IMG/VR virus record: IMGVR_UViG_3300035698_029580
Length of the DNA: 64,000 nt
From: a virus
Lineage: Duplodnaviria; Caudoviricetes
Strand: one strand, 5' to 3'
In this document: positions 37,340 to 46,569 of the stretch, piece after piece
Numbering within the stretch: position 1 is the first letter of the stretch
Layout: each line of letters begins with the position of its first letter
Program-made: the position numbers and the translations under genes
Notes under the pieces: generated by a model
Database searches by the model: none
Seen by the model: the letters and a program-made list of their open reading frames with translations, nothing else
Told to the model about the DNA's origin: nothing

Positions 37340-37588
37340 ATGAAAACGTTGGATTATGACACACAGGGAGAACGAGCGGCTTTTAGAGTCACCAAAGATA
37401 TTCCTGTTGGGACATGGGTTCGTACTGCATGGGACTCCCCTGATCTAATGGACGGCATTCTCGTGGAAAATGAAAAAGACAGTGAATCTTACGTCGATGT
37501 CTTTTTTCCTTCTGGACTTCAGAGAATATCCAGAACACAAATTATTGGGACCGGGAATATGGTAGAAGCAAAAAACACAGGACTTTAA
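37340..37588 (+). CDS. Hypothetical protein
   Basis: Cassette ORF; AAGGAG. Confidence 0.7.
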   Translation: MKTLDYDTQGERAAFRVTKDIPVGTWVRTAWDSPDLMDGILVENEKDSESYVDVFFPSGLQRISRTQIIGTGNMVEAKNTGL

Positions 37589-37719
37589 TTTATAGAAAAG
37601 TAATTTTCCTATATGGGGTGGTAAGAGTTGTCAGATTTATCACTTCATTACATTTTCCAGCATTATATGTTTTTATAGTATATAGTGTAAGGAAAACAAA
37701 AAACAGAAAGGAAAAACAA

Positions 37720-37941
37720 ATGATAACAGTAAAACAATGTGTTGAGAATAAACTTAGAGCGTGTAATCCTTGTTCTTATCTGTCAATTAGAGAGGAAGTG
37801 AATTTGCAACAAACAGAATTTGATGATAATCAATTAGTAGATATTGATATATTTATTGAGCGTGCCATCAAAGAACTTATCAATGACAAGATTGCGGATT
37901 GTGTCGTTGGCGATAACGAATTTGTTTTGGATTTGCATTGA
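37720..37941 (+). CDS. Hypothetical protein
   Basis: Start reassigned to the ATG after header and RBS. Confidence 0.65.
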   Translation: MITVKQCVENKLRACNPCSYLSIREEVNLQQTEFDDNQLVDIDIFIERAIKELINDKIADCVVGDNEFVLDLH

Positions 37942-38023
37942 TAATTTTCCAGCATTATATGTTTTTATAGTATATAGTGTAAGGAAAACAAAACAAAAAA
38001 ACAAAAAACAGAAAGGGAAAAAC

Positions 38024-38221
38024 ATGCTAGCAGCAACGTATAAGACAAAGAAAGATTTAAAAGCAAGTATTGGCAAGTCACTAAGGTTCGTCGAGACAAG
38101 TATGTTTGGGGTTGAATATAAAGACACTGGTAAGTTTGCGGTGGTAGGACCGGCTCCTTATGATAGGAAATGGTATGCCGAAGTGACAATGGCAGACGGA
38201 GTTATTGTCAAGGTTAAGTAA
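38024..38221 (+). CDS. Conserved small phage protein
   Basis: YKTKKDLK.SIG..L...ETS.FG.EY..RKWYA.V. Confidence 0.7.
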   Translation: MLAATYKTKKDLKASIGKSLRFVETSMFGVEYKDTGKFAVVGPAPYDRKWYAEVTMADGVIVKVK

Positions 38222-38246
38222 TAAATGACTTTTCTGTTTTGTTTGG

Positions 38247-38285
38247 TAGGACGACGGGTTTACTCCCCCGTCGTCCTATTTTTTT
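38247..38285 (+). terminator. Intrinsic terminator running into header motif
   Basis: TAGGACGACGGG/CCCGTCGTCCTA; paralog at 38947. Confidence 0.8.
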
Positions 38286-38348
38286 CCAGCATTATATATT
38301 TTTATAGTATATAGTGTAAAGAAAACAAAAACAGGAAGGAAAAAACAA

Positions 38349-38921
38349 ATGACAAAAACACAAACTGAAAAAACCACGAAAATCCATCCTATTGCAACAG
38401 TCACTCCTACTCAATTGGTGGGTGAGTTACTGAAAATGGATGGGACTGGGACCAGCTTCGAGGGCATGGATTGCAAAGTTTTAGTCAAAATGAATAAGAC
38501 GGCAAAACGTGATGGAGTAAAATTTGAAAATCCTTATTTTGGTAAGGTTTATAAGTGCTATTCTGTTAGCACAATATCCAATGCCAATTATGAGAGAGCC
38601 GTCAACCGTCAACGTGAGAGAGAGGGCAAAGAAACTGATTTTGAGGCTCTTCCGAGAGTCTGGGGCGAAAGGGTTGGCAAAAGTCCTGTTATTCAACATA
38701 AAGGGCAATTCTACTTTGCCATACATGTTAAGACTCTCACCACAGACGTAACATATGAGGACGTAAACGGCAATGCCGTCGAGAAAGAAAGTATTGTTCA
38801 GTTTCTTCCCAAGAAGTCATCAAGTCGTCAAGGTGTCGAGAATGAGATTATTGTTAGGACGTATAAGATTGAGTCAATTCTCCAAATGAGAATGAAGGGT
38901 GGAACGTATATAGTAAAGTAG
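38349..38921 (+). CDS. Hypothetical protein, paralog of 33031..33615
   Basis: See paralog. Confidence 0.8.
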   Translation: MTKTQTEKTTKIHPIATVTPTQLVGELLKMDGTGTSFEGMDCKVLVKMNKTAKRDGVKFENPYFGKVYKCYSVSTISNANYERAVNRQREREGKETDFEALPRVWGERVGKSPVIQHKGQFYFAIHVKTLTTDVTYEDVNGNAVEKESIVQFLPKKSSSRQGVENEIIVRTYKIESILQMRMKGGTYIVK

Positions 38922-38946
38922 TAAATGATGCTCCTGTTTGGGTTGG

Positions 38947-38984
38947 TAGGACGGCAGGTTGAGGTAGCCTGTCGTCCTATTTTT
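38947..38984 (+). terminator. Intrinsic terminator ending the cassette array
   Basis: TAGGACGGCAGG/CCTGTCGTCCTA plus T-tract. Confidence 0.8.
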
Positions 38985-39151
38985 ACAAGGTTAAACTGGA
39001 CATAATTGATATAATATAAATAGGACATATAATATAGAAGATGTATTAGATATAGTGGATATAAAAAGTGTAATAAGCACACCCACACCCCTCTGCACCT
39101 AGTTCCAGAAGAATTTTATTTTATGGGGGTACCCTAAATATCTGTCTTTAT

Positions 39152-39310
39152 TTATAGAAAATTTTTCACATCAAATCTTTTTAACAATTATTATTAATGG
39201 TTATTTTTCCCTTTATATTTCAAATAAAAAAATTTTGCATAAATAAACACTTAAAATTTGTTTATATATTATAGAAAAATTTTCACATCAGATCTTTTTA
39301 ACAAATATTA
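39152..39310. repeat. ~42-bp imperfect direct repeat
   Basis: TTATAGAAAAWTTTTCACATCARATCTTTTTAACAAWTATTA at 39152 and 39269. Confidence 0.75.
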
Positions 39311-39376
39311 CTTAAGGAATTTAATTATTTTCGATATAGGGATATGGGCACATATTAATAACAAGGAGAAAAAGAG

Positions 39377-39754
39377 ATGGGACAAGAGTCATATGGTTAT
39401 GAGTTAATATTGGATTTACATGGATGTAATATTAGCACATTTAACAGGAAGAGTTTAACAGATTATTTTAAGAAGTTATGTGAAGCAATAGAGATGGAGA
39501 GATGTGATTTACATTTTTGGGATGATATATATTTACCGGATGGGGAGGAATACACTTTACCACATTTGAAGGGTGTTTCAGCTGTTCAATTTATAATGAC
39601 AAGTAATATTACTATTCACACTTTGGAATTACTAAAAACTGTTTTTATCAACATATTTTCTTGTAAGGGATTTGACAAGGAAGTAGCACAGAAGATTACG
39701 GAAGAGTGGTTTTGTTCATCTGACAGCAATAGTTTATTTATTGAGAGGAATTAG
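39377..39754 (+). CDS. S-adenosylmethionine decarboxylase proenzyme (SpeH-type)
   Basis: G.ELILDL.GC, GVS...I.TS.ITIHT, NIFSCK.FD. Confidence 0.8.
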   Translation: MGQESYGYELILDLHGCNISTFNRKSLTDYFKKLCEAIEMERCDLHFWDDIYLPDGEEYTLPHLKGVSAVQFIMTSNITIHTLELLKTVFINIFSCKGFDKEVAQKITEEWFCSSDSNSLFIERN

Positions 39755-39954
39755 GTATTTCAAATGGATACCTTAGAATTCGTCAAATAATCACAAACAA
39801 TTTTTCACTTCAAATATTTTAACATTTATTATTTAAGGCACATTTTGGTTAATGAGAATATTTTACAAATTAAGAGGGAAAACGAGAAAAAATGGGTAAA
39901 AGGAAGGGGAGATAAATAAATTTTATTTTCCGCGAAAAAATAAAGGATAAAAAA

Positions 39955-41595
39955 ATGGGAATAAAGAGTAACAGTCAAGAGAAACAGACTTGGACAGCTA
40001 AAAATAAAAGTAGAAAAATAATAAACATAGGAGATTTACCAAAGGTTCCTAGTTTTGATCCAGGTGGGACTCATGATTTACTAAGATACTATGACAAAGA
40101 GACAATTAACAGATCAAACAATTTATCTAGTTTGATGAAGGCTGGATTCATAAAATTAATTAAGAAGACAAATGGTAGTAGAGAAGAAACTTTTGATCCT
40201 ACTTCAGTAAATTCAGTAGAAGGAGACGAAATTACTGTAATACAAACCTTAACATCTTCTCTATCAAACAATGTTTCTACTCTTATGTCTGCACCAACTG
40301 CTTTAGGGATTCAGTCAAAACAAATCACTAATCGTCCTATTAGTGTAACTTATACTAGTCCCTGTGATAATACTAGTGAGTGGAGGGGCACTGGTTATTC
40401 CACTGTAGCCTACGACACAGACAACTATATATGTTTTGATGATGCAACAGTCAAGAGATCCATTAAGAATACCAAAGATACAACACATGGAGTAAACATT
40501 ATGGGATTCGACTTGGATCCAGTATTCAATCCAGTAAAAGACATCACTAACAATCATATTCTTATTCGTTATTATTTACACGAAGGCACTGGCTCTTCGG
40601 ACTATCGTGGTATTGACTACATCGTGCTGCAATTAGCGGACGCCGACGGCGACCGGCTGCAATTCAAGATCTATAAAACATCGTCCGCTACGTGGGCCTA
40701 TACTGAAGGCCCCGGATGGCATACTTGGGTAGGTATACCCGAGATCGCTTATAGCGAAAGCGGCACCTTCAATCCGACAACCCTAACTGACATTACTTTA
40801 ACTGCCACGGCCAAGGCAACGTATGGAGGTATTGCTGACACTGACATGGACTTTTCTATCACATATGACGAGGTTACTTTTTTTCCTCCTCCATCAAAGG
40901 CAACTGTGATGTGGAGACTTGACGATGGAATTGTTTACAACTTGGGTTCTAAACACAGTCAATTTGATATGGCAAGTTATTTATCTACAAAGGGTATGCG
41001 AGGCACAATTGGAATAAATGGAGAAACCGTTGGAACGACAGAAGGTAGTGGAGGAACATTAAAAACTTATTTAACTCTTGATCAATTGAAGATTTTACAA
41101 GGGCAGGGGCATCTTATTTCTAATCATGGATGGTGGAGACATAATGACGGTGACCACAAGAACTTTTTAGATTTAAGCGAATCTGGAATACAAGATTCTT
41201 TTGATAGAAATGCTGATTGGATGATTGTTAATGGATTTACAGAGGGAGCAAGGATTCTTATTGTTCCACAGGATGTTTATCCATCTAAGGCTGATACTGC
41301 TTTACGGGGCAGAACAGATTTTGTATGGTTAGTAAAAGATAAAGGTGGAGAATATGGAGGAGGCAGTGAATATTATCCATATTTTATGAATGGATTTTTA
41401 GCAGATGGAGTAACAAGTGCTAATCTTGACATATCTTATGGTCTAGTAGAGGGATGCAAAGGTGTTTGGTGTCCTTATTGGCATAGTGAACCATCTACTA
41501 TTGCTAATTATTATGATCACGTTGACACTATTGCTGCAGATTATGCAGCAGGAAATATTAATGTTATTACTCCTATGGATATGATGTACAAATAA
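39955..41595 (+). CDS. Probable virion-associated protein with C-terminal polysaccharide deacetylase (NodB-like) domain
   Basis: RLDDG, RGT, L...GH.ISNHG..H; N-terminal module shared with 62275..62907. Confidence 0.7.
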   Translation: MGIKSNSQEKQTWTAKNKSRKIINIGDLPKVPSFDPGGTHDLLRYYDKETINRSNNLSSLMKAGFIKLIKKTNGSREETFDPTSVNSVEGDEITVIQTLTSSLSNNVSTLMSAPTALGIQSKQITNRPISVTYTSPCDNTSEWRGTGYSTVAYDTDNYICFDDATVKRSIKNTKDTTHGVNIMGFDLDPVFNPVKDITNNHILIRYYLHEGTGSSDYRGIDYIVLQLADADGDRLQFKIYKTSSATWAYTEGPGWHTWVGIPEIAYSESGTFNPTTLTDITLTATAKATYGGIADTDMDFSITYDEVTFFPPPSKATVMWRLDDGIVYNLGSKHSQFDMASYLSTKGMRGTIGINGETVGTTEGSGGTLKTYLTLDQLKILQGQGHLISNHGWWRHNDGDHKNFLDLSESGIQDSFDRNADWMIVNGFTEGARILIVPQDVYPSKADTALRGRTDFVWLVKDKGGEYGGGSEYYPYFMNGFLADGVTSANLDISYGLVEGCKGVWCPYWHSEPSTIANYYDHVDTIAADYAAGNINVITPMDMMYK

Positions 41596-41629
41596 CAGAA
41601 ATGAAATAAATTTAACAAAGGACAAATAA

Positions 41630-41983
41630 ATGACATATGAGGAATTATATAATAAATTAGATACTTTTGCAACTAATCAGGGATATACTATTGATCAAAT
41701 TAGAAATGTAACTTGGAAACAAGTTTCAACAAGATTTAACAATTTTACTATTGATGGTATTTTATGGGAGAGAGTAAGAGATGATTATTGTCGAGCAAAA
41801 CTTGATAAAGAAACAGAAATTACTTTTGATCAATTTAAGACAATGATGAGTGATACTGCCAATATAATCAAAGATAATTTTCCTAATGTAGAATATGAGA
41901 AGGGTAAAAGAGAAAATTTAAGATTTTTCACTATTTGGTTAGATGGTAAGCCTATAGTAGAAGAACTGGAGGAGGTGTCATAA
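41630..41983 (+). CDS. Hypothetical protein
   Basis: Packed ORF in structural cluster. Confidence 0.7.
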   Translation: MTYEELYNKLDTFATNQGYTIDQIRNVTWKQVSTRFNNFTIDGILWERVRDDYCRAKLDKETEITFDQFKTMMSDTANIIKDNFPNVEYEKGKRENLRFFTIWLDGKPIVEELEEVS

Positions 41984-41984
41984 A

Positions 41985-43553
41985 ATGGCTACTTGTTTTG
42001 CAACAGAACCAACAGTATTTTTTGTAGGTGGTCAAGGAACCAAAGCTGGGCATGCAACTCCAGGAGGAGCAACATTAGATTGGTTTGAAGAAAAAGGAAC
42101 TAGTTCTGCTGGATTTGATTTATCAGATATAATGGATGCTAATGGTGGTCCAATAAACAATCTGGGAGCTTGGCAATTGTGGACAGCAGCAACAAAGGTA
42201 ATGACTCGTTTTGCACCAGCTAATTTTAATGGAGCAGAAATTGGCATGATAGCTTATCTTGCTGATCCAGTGACTGGGCATATAACGACAGGTCGTTATA
42301 AAATAACAGCAATTACTACATCGGGTGATACTGTTACAAGTATAACTTTTGCAGATATGTTAATAGGAATAGATTATGATGGAACAAATATTGCAACTGC
42401 AACAGTTTGCATAGGTGGAGCATTTGCTTCGATGAATGCTGCTATTGGTTCTTCTAGTCCACTTCTTGCAACTTCTTATGATGTACATGTGCATGATAAT
42501 TTAGATGAAGCAGCAATGGCAGAAATAGTATTAGGAGTTACTGGAGCATTATCAGTAAATTCTGCTTTAAGATATTGGGGATTTAATGAGAGTCCAGGAG
42601 ACAGAATGCCAGGAGGGTTATATGAAGGGACGTGGACAAGTAAAGTAGCAGGAGCAAACACATTATTAGATCCAGATGCACGTGATAATATTATGTTTTA
42701 TTGTATATTTTTTCAAAATGATGATGTTAATGATGGTACAATTGAGCCAGGAACTTCCACGGATGAAATGAATGGTTGGCTTTTCCAACATTGTAAGATT
42801 GAGGATATCCAGGGTGACGGATCCATACATTATGGGATATGGAATCCTCTTTTATGTTATGATACTATTTTTAAAAATGTAGGTTCTGCTTCAATAGTTC
42901 CTTCATCAAGTGGAACAGGCACTATCTGTGGGTCAATAACACTTATAGATTGTTACTTTGAACTAAACAGACCTACTACAGCAGGTACCGCCGCCACAAA
43001 TGATGATCATTTTTTAATTTTTGTAAATTGTAAAACGGACAGTAACGCTTATGGTACCTATGGTTTCAACAATGGAGGTGATTTTGGAACTATAATACTA
43101 AATTGTTCTAATATGTTTGCGGATAATCCTCCAGGGCAAAATTCTACTATTACACGATTGAATGATTCAAAAGGTTGGGTAGCAATAATCCGTAGTTTAG
43201 TAAATTTAACTGACTCAAATGATGATCAGATGCTTGCATGGATACGTCAAGATAACGGAGGAACACTAGCGACAGTTGCTGATTGTAATGCTTATCCAGA
43301 TGCTACAGGGGTTGCTGCTCCATATTTATGTCAAAGACACTTAGATGCTGTTTCCCCCGCTGCTATTTATGAGATAAACAATTGGTGGTGGCAAAATGAA
43401 AATTATTGTCGTCAAATAGAAAATGATTTAGATACTGATGGACACACTCAAAATAGAATATTAAAAAGAGGAGCTGATGAAAATCTTGCAATAGGTACTC
43501 AGCTTCCTTTAAACTTTAGCAATCCGCTTTTTGGTGGAACGGTGGTGAGATAA
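41985..43553 (+). CDS. Probable virion/tail protein with beta-helix-like region
   Basis: G/T/D/N-rich; repeated I.NC/DC turns; GGAGG RBS. Confidence 0.55.
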   Translation: MATCFATEPTVFFVGGQGTKAGHATPGGATLDWFEEKGTSSAGFDLSDIMDANGGPINNLGAWQLWTAATKVMTRFAPANFNGAEIGMIAYLADPVTGHITTGRYKITAITTSGDTVTSITFADMLIGIDYDGTNIATATVCIGGAFASMNAAIGSSSPLLATSYDVHVHDNLDEAAMAEIVLGVTGALSVNSALRYWGFNESPGDRMPGGLYEGTWTSKVAGANTLLDPDARDNIMFYCIFFQNDDVNDGTIEPGTSTDEMNGWLFQHCKIEDIQGDGSIHYGIWNPLLCYDTIFKNVGSASIVPSSSGTGTICGSITLIDCYFELNRPTTAGTAATNDDHFLIFVNCKTDSNAYGTYGFNNGGDFGTIILNCSNMFADNPPGQNSTITRLNDSKGWVAIIRSLVNLTDSNDDQMLAWIRQDNGGTLATVADCNAYPDATGVAAPYLCQRHLDAVSPAAIYEINNWWWQNENYCRQIENDLDTDGHTQNRILKRGADENLAIGTQLPLNFSNPLFGGTVVR

Positions 43554-44332
43554 TGTCATATATTGGTAGTTGGAAAATAGATGACAATTTAACTTTTTAT
43601 GTTAATACTCATAGAGTAGATACAGGAGAAGCAACTGATGCAGATGCTGTACCTACATATCGTTTTTATGAAGATGAAGCAGCATTAGGGCTTAATGGTA
43701 GTATGGCATTATTAGATGCTGCTAATACGGTTGGATTTTATTCAGAACAGGTAACATTATCAGCAGCAAATGGTTTTGAGAAAGGTAAATGTTATAGTGT
43801 ATACATAACAACTACAGTTGATGGAGTGACAGGTACAATAAACCATAATCTTCAAATAGAAGCAGAAGTGGACTCAAATAGTTTAAATCCAACATCTATA
43901 GTAGCCAGTGTATCTGGTAACGTAGACGGTAATGTAACTGGAACTGTTGCTAGTGTTGTAGGTAACGTAGATGGTAGTGTAGCTTCTGTTGTAGGAGCTG
44001 TGGGTAGTGTAACTGGAGCTGTCGGGAGTGTAACAGGTGCTGTTGGTTCAGTAGCTGGAAATGTAGATGGTAGTGTAGCTTCTGTTGTAGGTGCTGTGGG
44101 AAGTGTAACTGGAGCTGTCGGTTCAGTAGCTGGAAATGTAGACGGTAATGTAACTGGAACTGTTGCTAGTGTTGTAGGTAACGTAGATGGTAGTGTAACA
44201 GGAAGTGTTGGATCATTAGCTGCTCAATCTCAAATAGATATAAGGACTGCTATAGGAATGGCATTAGCCAATTTAGATACTCAGATATCTAATATTCCCG
44301 ATGGAAGCAAATGGTATAACAAAAATGGATAA
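43553..44332 (+). CDS. Probable virion fibre protein with (GSVxGxV) repeats
   Basis: Low-complexity G/S/V repeats over ~100 aa. Confidence 0.6.
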   Translation: MSYIGSWKIDDNLTFYVNTHRVDTGEATDADAVPTYRFYEDEAALGLNGSMALLDAANTVGFYSEQVTLSAANGFEKGKCYSVYITTTVDGVTGTINHNLQIEAEVDSNSLNPTSIVASVSGNVDGNVTGTVASVVGNVDGSVASVVGAVGSVTGAVGSVTGAVGSVAGNVDGSVASVVGAVGSVTGAVGSVAGNVDGNVTGTVASVVGNVDGSVTGSVGSLAAQSQIDIRTAIGMALANLDTQISNIPDGSKWYNKNG

Positions 44333-44390
44333 AAGATTTTTTATTATTTCCTCGAAAATTTATTTTTAAAAAAAGAAATATTAAAACAAT

Positions 44391-45491
44391 ATGGCAAATT
44401 CTAATAGAAAATTATGGTTACATTTTGACGGGACTAATGGCAGTACGTCTGTAATTGATTCTTCTCCAACAACTAAGACAATAAGTTCTGCTGGAGCATT
44501 TGAGTTAGATACTTCTCAGAAGAAATTTGGAGTATCAAGTGGATATTTTACAACAGCGGCTGATATATTAACGGTAACTGACCATAGTGATTTTGCCCTT
44601 GGTGAGACATGGACAATAGAGCTTTGGGTGCTATCTTTTGAAACCCCATCAGCGGACATAAGATTTTGGCGGCAATCAGTAGATGGTACGCATATTTTCT
44701 TATTTCAGTATTTACAGAGCACAGAGAAGTTACGCATATTGTTTCGTAATGGGGCTATAGATAGCGATTTTAGCTCAGACATATCCGTTTCTTTTATTGG
44801 TGGGTGGCATCATGTAGCAGCGACGTTTGACGGTGTGACGTGTCGCCTGTTTTTTGACGGAGCAATGATAGGTTCACTAGTTGCAGACTATACTATGGTA
44901 GACTTTGCGGTAAATCCCACTATTAATTTCAATGGAATTTTACGAGGCTGGATAGACGAAGTTACTTTATGGAATATTTGTAAATATCCTTCTAGTGAAA
45001 CAGATAAAATAGAATCTTTTGGAGGAAGAGATATAGCATTTGAACCAGATACCAATTGTATTAGTGGAGCATATAGTTTTTCTACTTTTTCTAATACTTC
45101 TGATAAATTATTTATTGGAGGAATACCTTTGACTCTTTCAGAGAATGATTTGGGATATGCAATAAATGTTATTGTAGGATCTTCTATTCAAAATTATTCA
45201 GACAGGGAGATATTAGCAGGTTGGGAGGGCAGTTTAGTTAGTATATCTCAGATGGAGGAGAGAAGATATTTAAATATTTATTTAGATTATGATATGGAAG
45301 AATTAGTGGATGCGATTATTTTTAATGGAATGCCTTTGGTTAGAAATGCAAAAGATAGATTAATATTTGTTTATAGTGGATATTTATTAAGTAATGTAGA
45401 TGAGTTTGCTGAATCTAGTATAGGAGGAGTTCCTGTTGCTGTAGGTAGAGTAGGTGATAATTGGTATTTAATAGTAAACAATCCAAACTAA
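44391..45491 (+). CDS. LamG/concanavalin A-like domain protein
   Basis: LHFDG..DSS, WTIELW, WHHVAATFDG...LFFDG, GWIDEV. Confidence 0.85.
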   Translation: MANSNRKLWLHFDGTNGSTSVIDSSPTTKTISSAGAFELDTSQKKFGVSSGYFTTAADILTVTDHSDFALGETWTIELWVLSFETPSADIRFWRQSVDGTHIFLFQYLQSTEKLRILFRNGAIDSDFSSDISVSFIGGWHHVAATFDGVTCRLFFDGAMIGSLVADYTMVDFAVNPTINFNGILRGWIDEVTLWNICKYPSSETDKIESFGGRDIAFEPDTNCISGAYSFSTFSNTSDKLFIGGIPLTLSENDLGYAINVIVGSSIQNYSDREILAGWEGSLVSISQMEERRYLNIYLDYDMEELVDAIIFNGMPLVRNAKDRLIFVYSGYLLSNVDEFAESSIGGVPVAVGRVGDNWYLIVNNPN

Positions 45492-45562
45492 AATAATTTT
45501 TAAATTTCCGCGAAAAAAAATTTGTTGAAATTTCAATAAAATAACATATAGTATAAGTAACG

Positions 45563-45608
45563 TGCCCGCCACGCCTCTTAACAATGCGTATCTTTGGTGG
45601 GCATTTTT
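45563..45608 (+). ncRNA. Conserved hairpin motif, copy 2
   Basis: GCCCGCC/GGTGGGC and ACGC/GCGT stems, T-tract; TTGAAA..TATAGT upstream. Confidence 0.5.
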
Positions 45609-45711
45609 ATTAATAGAAAAATTAAATTATATATTTTATGCTTGCTATTTTTAAATATATTGTTATATTTAGGTTTTTGAACAAGAAATATAAAAGTTTT
45701 ATTGAAAGGAC

Positions 45712-46062
45712 TTGAAAATGTTATTATTTGAGAAAGAAATTGAGATTCCCCGTCAAAACAGTGATATTTCTCTTCTTAAATATTTTCGAGAACAAATTTT
45801 ATCTTTTATTCCTAAATATCAAATTCCTATACGTTTTGCAATAACATCAAGTAATGATGAAAAATATCATTGTGAACATGGAATGTTTGAAGGCTGGTGT
45901 TTCTTTACCTTCAGTCAGAAGACCATTATCTTTTGCAAAAATATCTCAAAGAAATTTTTAAAAAAGATTAATTTTTTTAAACCTAAAATATTTGATTTTT
46001 TATCAATTATGGGGTTTTTGAGAATTTTCCAGCATTATATATATTATTACATATGGTTATGA
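45712..46062 (+). CDS. Hypothetical protein, possibly truncated
   Basis: AAGGA RBS; 3' half low-complexity and overlaps the next header. Confidence 0.4.
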   Translation: MKMLLFEKEIEIPRQNSDISLLKYFREQILSFIPKYQIPIRFAITSSNDEKYHCEHGMFEGWCFFTFSQKTIIFCKNISKKFLKKINFFKPKIFDFLSIMGFLRIFQHYIYYYIWL

Positions 46063-46134
46063 TCTGTGGTATTTTTATAGAAAAGTGAAAATACTAAGGT
46101 ATAATATGAATCATATAGAAAGGATAAGGAAGTT

Positions 46135-46542
46135 ATGACTAAATATAGTGCATTAAAGAGGTTACGACAGATTAAGGGTTTTAAAAAATATGAAAAATTG
46201 GACCAAAGATGCATTGATGTAGCAAAAAAAATATTCACTAATAATTTAATAGATGAAGACCCAAGTATTATTATGCAATGTAGTTTAGAGGGAATAGATA
46301 TTGTAAAAACAATAAATAAGAGTTTACATGGTGTACATATAAAGATTGAAAGTTCTGGTGAGGTAAGTTTAATTCCTGGTTTAATTTTTTTAGTAAGAGC
46401 ATTTAGTGAGCCAATAATAGAAAGAGCATCAGATGCATCTATAATTAAGATTTGTGAAGCATTTCGTTTTGAGTGTAATTATGTTGATAATAACAAAGAA
46501 GAAATTCTTGATGAATTCAGGAAGATGTTAGACGGCATTTAG
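46135..46542 (+). CDS. Hypothetical protein
   Basis: AAGGA RBS. Confidence 0.7.
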   Translation: MTKYSALKRLRQIKGFKKYEKLDQRCIDVAKKIFTNNLIDEDPSIIMQCSLEGIDIVKTINKSLHGVHIKIESSGEVSLIPGLIFLVRAFSEPIIERASDASIIKICEAFRFECNYVDNNKEEILDEFRKMLDGI

Positions 46543-46569
46543 AAAGTAATTTTTAAGAAAGGAAGTATT

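Noticed and set aside
4802-38291. CRISPR array interpretation of the TTTTCCAGCA repeats
   Set aside because: The core is only 10 bp, spacing is irregular (150-3700 bp), the intervals are whole genes, and there are no cas genes.
6151-38984. Classical integron (attC cassettes)
   Set aside because: Headers are non-palindromic, promoter-like and lack RYYYAAC/GTTRRRY boxes; no tyrosine integrase is in the window.
43900-44220. DNA tandem repeat or mobile element
   Set aside because: The repeats are protein-level G/S/V motifs with synonymous variation inside a CDS.
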